A stretch of DNA of 60,067 nt, the filler included, from Streblomastix strix (Eukaryota), in the NCBI GenBank assembly GCA_008636045.1. It is 2 parts of 2 records of this genome, joined end to end, with 100 filler letters (N's around TTAATTAATTAA, not from the genome) between each part and the next. Parts side by side here need not be neighbours in the genome. Positions count along the whole stretch, not along the records: positions 30,117 to 60,067 come from SNRW01000096.1; 1 more part is not named here. The stretch is one strand, 5' to 3'. Below the pieces are notes generated by a model that saw only the letters and a list, made by a program, of their open reading frames with translations, was not told the DNA's origin and did no database searches. Every line of letters starts with the position of its first letter. The first letter of the stretch is position 1. Shown here piece after piece: positions 54,911 through 60,067 of this stretch. A program made the translations under genes and the position numbers.

Positions 54911-55778
54911 TAAAGTAATAATAAATATAAAAAATAAAATAAAGTAAGAATTAAATGAAATAAAACAAATATAATAATACTTTTTAAATTTATTTTTATT
55001 CCAAAATAAGTGTGAGTTAATGCAGATAATTATAACTCTAAAAAGTAAAATAAGATAAGAATATAAGATATATAAGAGTGAAATATAATATAATGAAAAC
55101 AATAAAAAATAAAATCCTCTTTTAATTAAGTATTGTTATGTAAAATTTTTAATAAGAAGTATTTTAAAATGACAATTAAAGTGAAATTTAATAAACTAAA
55201 ATTTTGTTCTTATTTGTAGCAGGAGTATAATTAAATTAGCATGCAATGCAAAAAGATTGTGTTAATAATCACAAATATCAAATTAAAATATATATACGAG
55301 TAATAATATGATATTAAATGCATAAATAATAAGAAATAAATATAAATTATTGATTTAGAGTATTTGTGTAGTGCATAAATCGCATTTTAAATATTAAATA
55401 ATTGCATTACAAAATTGGAGTTATCTAACTAACCCGTTAAAAAAAAGCTGGTGAATGTGAGTTATATTGGTAAATAAATTTGGATTACTATTATTTATTC
55501 ACTTAATATAATTTTGAAATACAACTTTATTATATTTTAAACAATTAATAATCATTTTAACGAGCAAAAAATACGATTAATTGTTTTAGCTTAACAAACT
55601 TTGAAAATTGTAAAATTAATTTAAAAATAATTTAAAAATAATATTATAAGAATTAAAATTGAATTATAAATGTTTGATATCTATTCAATACCAATAAAAA
55701 ATATATAATTTAAAATTGGATTTATTGACTTATATATAATTTTCATATTGCTAATATTATATTTTATTATTTAGTAGC

Positions 55779-57005
55779 TAAGCCTGTTAAAAGGCGACAT
55801 GGGTGACACGGAAAAAATGATCTGGATGTCACCCAATGTTGCTCATGTCACCTCTTTATAAAATAACAAAAAATAAAAAATATAAATAACATTATAAATT
55901 ACTTTTATTTAATATGATTTTATATTATAAATAGTAAAATATTATATTTATATAAAATTCAAACGAAAATAATCATATATTTAGTTCTAATTATGATTAA
56001 AAAAACAAAAATTTAACAAATATTTTGTTCATACATTGAAGTGCAGCTAAATTAAAGTGTTTTTATTATATTGACCTATTGCAATTTAAAAATAAATAAA
56101 AATACGAACATAATTAATTAAAATATTATAAAAATATGATTTATAGACTTAAAAAATAACAGCATCCAAAAATTTTGGATTTAATTGAAATTCTATAATT
56201 AATATCAGAGTATAACTACATATTTTTTTAAACAAAAATAATAAATTATATTAATAAATAAATAAATAAATAAAAATTAGATTGCATATTATTTAATTCA
56301 ATAAGAAAATTCAATTATAGCTGAAAAATTTTTCAATTACGGATTTCTTAATATGATACAAATAAATTTAGGTTAATATAGTATTAATAAGCATATAAAA
56401 TTAATTTAAACAATATATATAACACACAGTAAATTGAGTAAAGAGAGTGTTGAAGAACAAATCCAAGTTTTGGGAATTGGAGCATTCGACAGCCCCAAGT
56501 TTAGAATAATAGTTTATTAAACCATAAGTGTAAAATGGTTGTTTTCACATAAATTACTTGTTAAAGGTATAAAAAACAAACTGTACGTTGAGCTAGGCCT
56601 AGGGTTACATGGGAGACACGATTTACTGGGGTGACATGGGTGACGGGTGACATGTCACCCGTCACCCCGAAGAAAAGTGTAATAATTATCATACATTAAT
56701 ATATATTTCTTTATTATAATTATATATAAACTACATTATAACATTTATATTTAATATAATATTGTGGATATAAAGCGAAAAAAAAAATATTTTTTTTTGT
56801 TATTGAATTTTTTTTAAAAAATTCTATTTTATAAGATTTTATAATAATATTTTAAACCATTATTTATATAATAAACTTAAAAATTTGAATATATTGAAAA
56901 AATCTTTAAAATTTTTTTTATTCGAGTTTTCAACAGTCAAAATGTCACCCTAATGTGACCTTGGCGGTCACCCTCAAAAGTATTTGTAACTTTTTAACAG
57001 CCTTA
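55779..57005. mobile_element. Non-autonomous hAT-superfamily DNA transposon (1227 bp)
   Basis: TIR TAAGCCTGTTAAAA / TAAGGCTGTTAAAA. Perfect 8-bp TSD TTAGTAGC at 55771-55778 and 57006-57013. GGTGAC/GTCACC subterminal motifs at both ends and internally. Confidence 0.92.
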
Positions 57006-57164
57006 TTAGTAGCCTTCACATTTCTGTTATCAGCCCTATATTGTACGTTTTTATTTAATAATTACCTATATATTGCTGAAATAAATTTTCTAACAAAAAT
57101 TCGTTTTTCACTCCATGTCTGTTATTAATCATAAATTTTTTATTTTTATATTAAGAATACAACC

Positions 57165-59588
57165 ATGACCGTGCCATAAGAATATAATGTAATTGGTGGA
57201 TTCGTAGGATTAGGATAGTTTATTCTTCTTGAAATTATAACTGAAACTCAATTTTTAAGCGACGTTCAACACTTGGTTGGTGTTTGCAAACAAACTTTTT
57301 CACTGATCTTTCATGATAGATTTCAAAAAGCTTCCGAGCACAAACTTGGTTTGAAATGAAATAAAAAGATAACTAATAATAGAAATTCAATTTAATTTAT
57401 TATATTTATTTGCCATTCAAAATTATTTTAAATCACATTAATATAATATTATCTAGATCCAGTACGTAGTTCTATTCTTAATAATATTTAAATCAGCAAA
57501 ACCACATATACCAATAAAACCGAGAATTTTTCAACAATATTATTAAATCCATTAATCTAAAGTGGAATTTTTAGATTTGAGATTCTGAATATATTCGATA
57601 TAGAAGGTTTATTAATAATTGTTATTAAACTATGCAAATTAATTTATTTTGATTAAATTTTGATTTTTAATAATTAATGAAATAATATATTTATATTATT
57701 TCTTTTATAGCTGTTGGTATTGCGGATGAATCTGTGAGTTATTAATAAAATGAAAATCCTTTTTTTCAAGGTATGTATTAACTTAATTAATAATATTACT
57801 ATTGAATAAGACAAATAATTATTTGACAAAAATTTTCATATAAAAATATTAACTAGGTTGGAATAATGTTGTTCACTATAATAATTTGTATATATATATA
57901 TTTTTTATGCAATTCTATATTTATCAATTATTATTATTTTCTTACAGAGGTAGAATTAAACACATTGGAGGATATCAAAAAGGAAATGCAGCTATATAAA
58001 ATAATAGTCGCATTGCTTTGGAGGTTTGAATAAATACTAAAAAATTAATTAATAAATTAATTAATAAATATTTTATAAACCAAAATTTTATTAAAAGAAA
58101 TTATATATAAATTTTAAAAATATATATATTTAAAATTTAATAAATTTTTATCAGATTAATATGGAATCGTCGCCAAGAACACTGACATTTTTCAATAACA
58201 ATATAGAGCAACAAATCTACATTACCAATATTCCGAAGTCAGTTAGATTTCTGGTATAAAAATAATTAATATTTTAATAAAACTAATATAATTTTTTTTA
58301 TTCTGAATAAATATATGTATTAATCTAGGTTTATCTCTATCTCAAAGGATCTTCATTCAAGATTCTTAATTTCAGCCATTTAATTTATCCAAACGCAAAA
58401 CATCCTTAATAATCAAAATCATTTAAATGGGGGAGAAAATGGATTAAACATAAAAAAGTATAATTTAATGATGATTCTTATATTTCTGATTTAGATGATA
58501 ATTCAGATGATGATCATTTAAATACTGATTCTGATTCAGATTCTTAATCAAATGAACCAGATTCTGATTCAGATTCTTAATCAAATGAACCAGATTCTGA
58601 TTCAGATTCTTAATCAAATGAACAAGATTCTGATTCAGATTCTTAATCAAATGATCCAGATTCTGTTTCAGATTCTTAATCAAGTGAACCAGATTCTGAT
58701 TCAGATTCAATTGTTTATGTTTTACGTACTGATTTATATTCTGATTCTGATTTAGATTCTGATTCAGATTCAAATAATTCAAAATATAAATTAGATTTAG
58801 ATTCTGATTCTGATTTAGATTCTGATTCGAGTAATTCAGATTCAGATTCAAAAGACTAATAACAAAAATATGAAAAACATTCAGATGATTTAAAACCCAA
58901 ATCAGAAAAACATTCAGATGATTTAAAACCCAAATCAGAAAAACATTCAGATGATTCAAAACCCAAATCAGGAAAACATTCAGATGATTCAAAACCCAAA
59001 TCAGGAAAACATTCAGATGATTCAAAACCCAAATCAGGAAAACATTCAGATGATTCAAAACCCAAATCAGAAAAACATTCAAATAATTCAAAATATAAAT
59101 CAGAAAAACATTCAAAAGATTCAAACCCCAAATCAGAAAAACATTCAAATAATTCAAAATATAAATCAGAAAAACATTCAAAAGATTCAAAACATAAATC
59201 TGAAAAACATTCAAATGATTAAATAGATAAATATTCTAAAGATAAATATTCTAAAGATTCTAAACGCAAACATTCAAAACATAAATCAGATAAACATTCA
59301 AAAGATTCAAAACACAAATCAGAAAAACAATCAAAAGATAAACATTCAAAACATTAAAGAAATAAATCAGAAAAACATTCAGATGATTAAATAGATAAAT
59401 ATTCTAAAGATAAACATTTTAGAGAAAAAATAGATAAACATTCAAAAGATTCAAAAGATAAACATTCCAAAGATTATAAACTCAAACATTCAAAACACAA
59501 ATCAGAAAATCAATCAAAAGATTCAAAACACAAATAAGAAAAACATTCAGATGATATTGAGTCAAATTCCTGTACTGAATTTAAATGA
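57165..59588 (+). CDS. SPRY/B30.2-like domain protein (oxymonad-expanded family) with a C-terminal acidic then basic/His 11-aa repeat tail
   Basis: Seven exons in phase: …SGIFRFEI…AVGIADESV…IALEINMESSPRTLTFF…YITNIPKSVRFLVYL…KGSSFKI. The last exon is 58329-59588 and ends in TGA. Confidence 0.82.
58525..58850 (+). repeat. Coding 33-nt repeats (DSDSDSQSNEP) and SD dipeptide runs
   Basis: gattctgattcagattcttaatcaaatgaacca about 5 times, then degenerate DSD runs. Confidence 0.9.
58870..59560 (+). repeat. Coding 33-nt repeats (KSEKHSDDSKP), degenerating 3' into KHS-rich units
   Basis: aaatcagaaaaacattcagatgattcaaaaccc about 11 times to ~59220, then looser copies. Confidence 0.9.
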
Positions 59589-59619
59589 ATAAATATTTCA
59601 ATTTTTTACACCTGACATA

Positions 59620-59868
59620 AGTAGTATATGATGGTGATTTATGCCCCAACTTCAAAAGTGTTCAGTTTTATAAAAAACCTCCACACCTTCATTTTTTAAG
59701 CTTTTGGTCCTTCAAATTTATAAAATTTTCTCACAGCTGGCTAACGCCTTTGTTCGAAAATATTATTGCATTTGTTAGACCATCAACTCAAAAAAAAGAA
59801 CTTGCGTGGTTTTTTATAAATTCTAATACCTTTTGAAGTTATTGCATAAATAACCATCATATACTACT
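59620..59868. mobile_element. 249-bp foldback hairpin element (MITE-like)
   Basis: agtagtatatgatggtgatttatgccccaacttcaaaag…tttataaaaaacc (59620-59679) matches the reverse complement of 59808-59868. Weaker pairing continues inward to a ~15-nt loop. No clear TSD. Confidence 0.75.
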
Positions 59869-60067
59869 ACTGCTAATAATATGTGCAAAATAAATAACCT
59901 ATATAAACCCCTTAAATAAAATAATTAAAATAAACAATTAACGGGTAAAAAAGCTTTTTAAAAAAATATCTCCAATAAATCCCCCCATCAATTTATAATA
60001 ATATATAACAACAAATAATGGATACACATAATTTATATAATAATTTTAGCATAGAGATTTAACAAAA

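Noticed and set aside
56428..56634. Short open frame in the hAT element (SKLSKESVEEQIQV…) as a transposase remnant
   Set aside because: It only faintly resembles the end of the hAT dimerisation domain, has no ATG and no SxxxERxFS motif, and cannot be supported without a search.
58465..59226. 33-nt arrays as CRISPR, or as the track ORFs 58465-59214(-) and 58951-59226(+)
   Set aside because: The units are head-to-tail with no unique spacers and are in frame with the last exon of the SPRY-like gene. The other frames are open only because of the periodicity.

Overview
Very AT-rich eukaryotic (protist) genomic DNA, made of two contigs joined by an artificial 100-nt linker (N44-TTAATTAATTAA-N44, 30017-30116). 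The supplied standard-code ORF track is misleading. Genes here read through TAA/TAG as Gln (translation table 6), end at TGA, and carry short GT-AG introns. The code, the giant GGAI-repeat beta-helix membrane protein and two lineage-expanded families point to an oxymonad such as Streblomastix (inference). Re-translating by hand gives about 10 genes: a cyclin-fold protein, a ~2900-aa low-complexity protein with a possibly split RRM, a small 4-exon gene, a 482-aa protein, a GCK-III/STE20 kinase, a ~3700-aa type I membrane beta-helix protein with an internal frameshift, a 2-TM protein, a 3xRRM protein with a ~1900-aa Q/S tail, a triple calponin-homology protein, and a SPRY-like protein with charged 11-aa repeats. 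There are also two pseudogenes and two partial genes at the linker. The second contig holds four different non-coding inverted-repeat elements, including a hAT-type element with a perfect 8-bp target-site duplication (TSD). I saw no rRNA, tRNA or CRISPR. Exon boundaries were derived by eye, and not every codon of the longest exons was checked.
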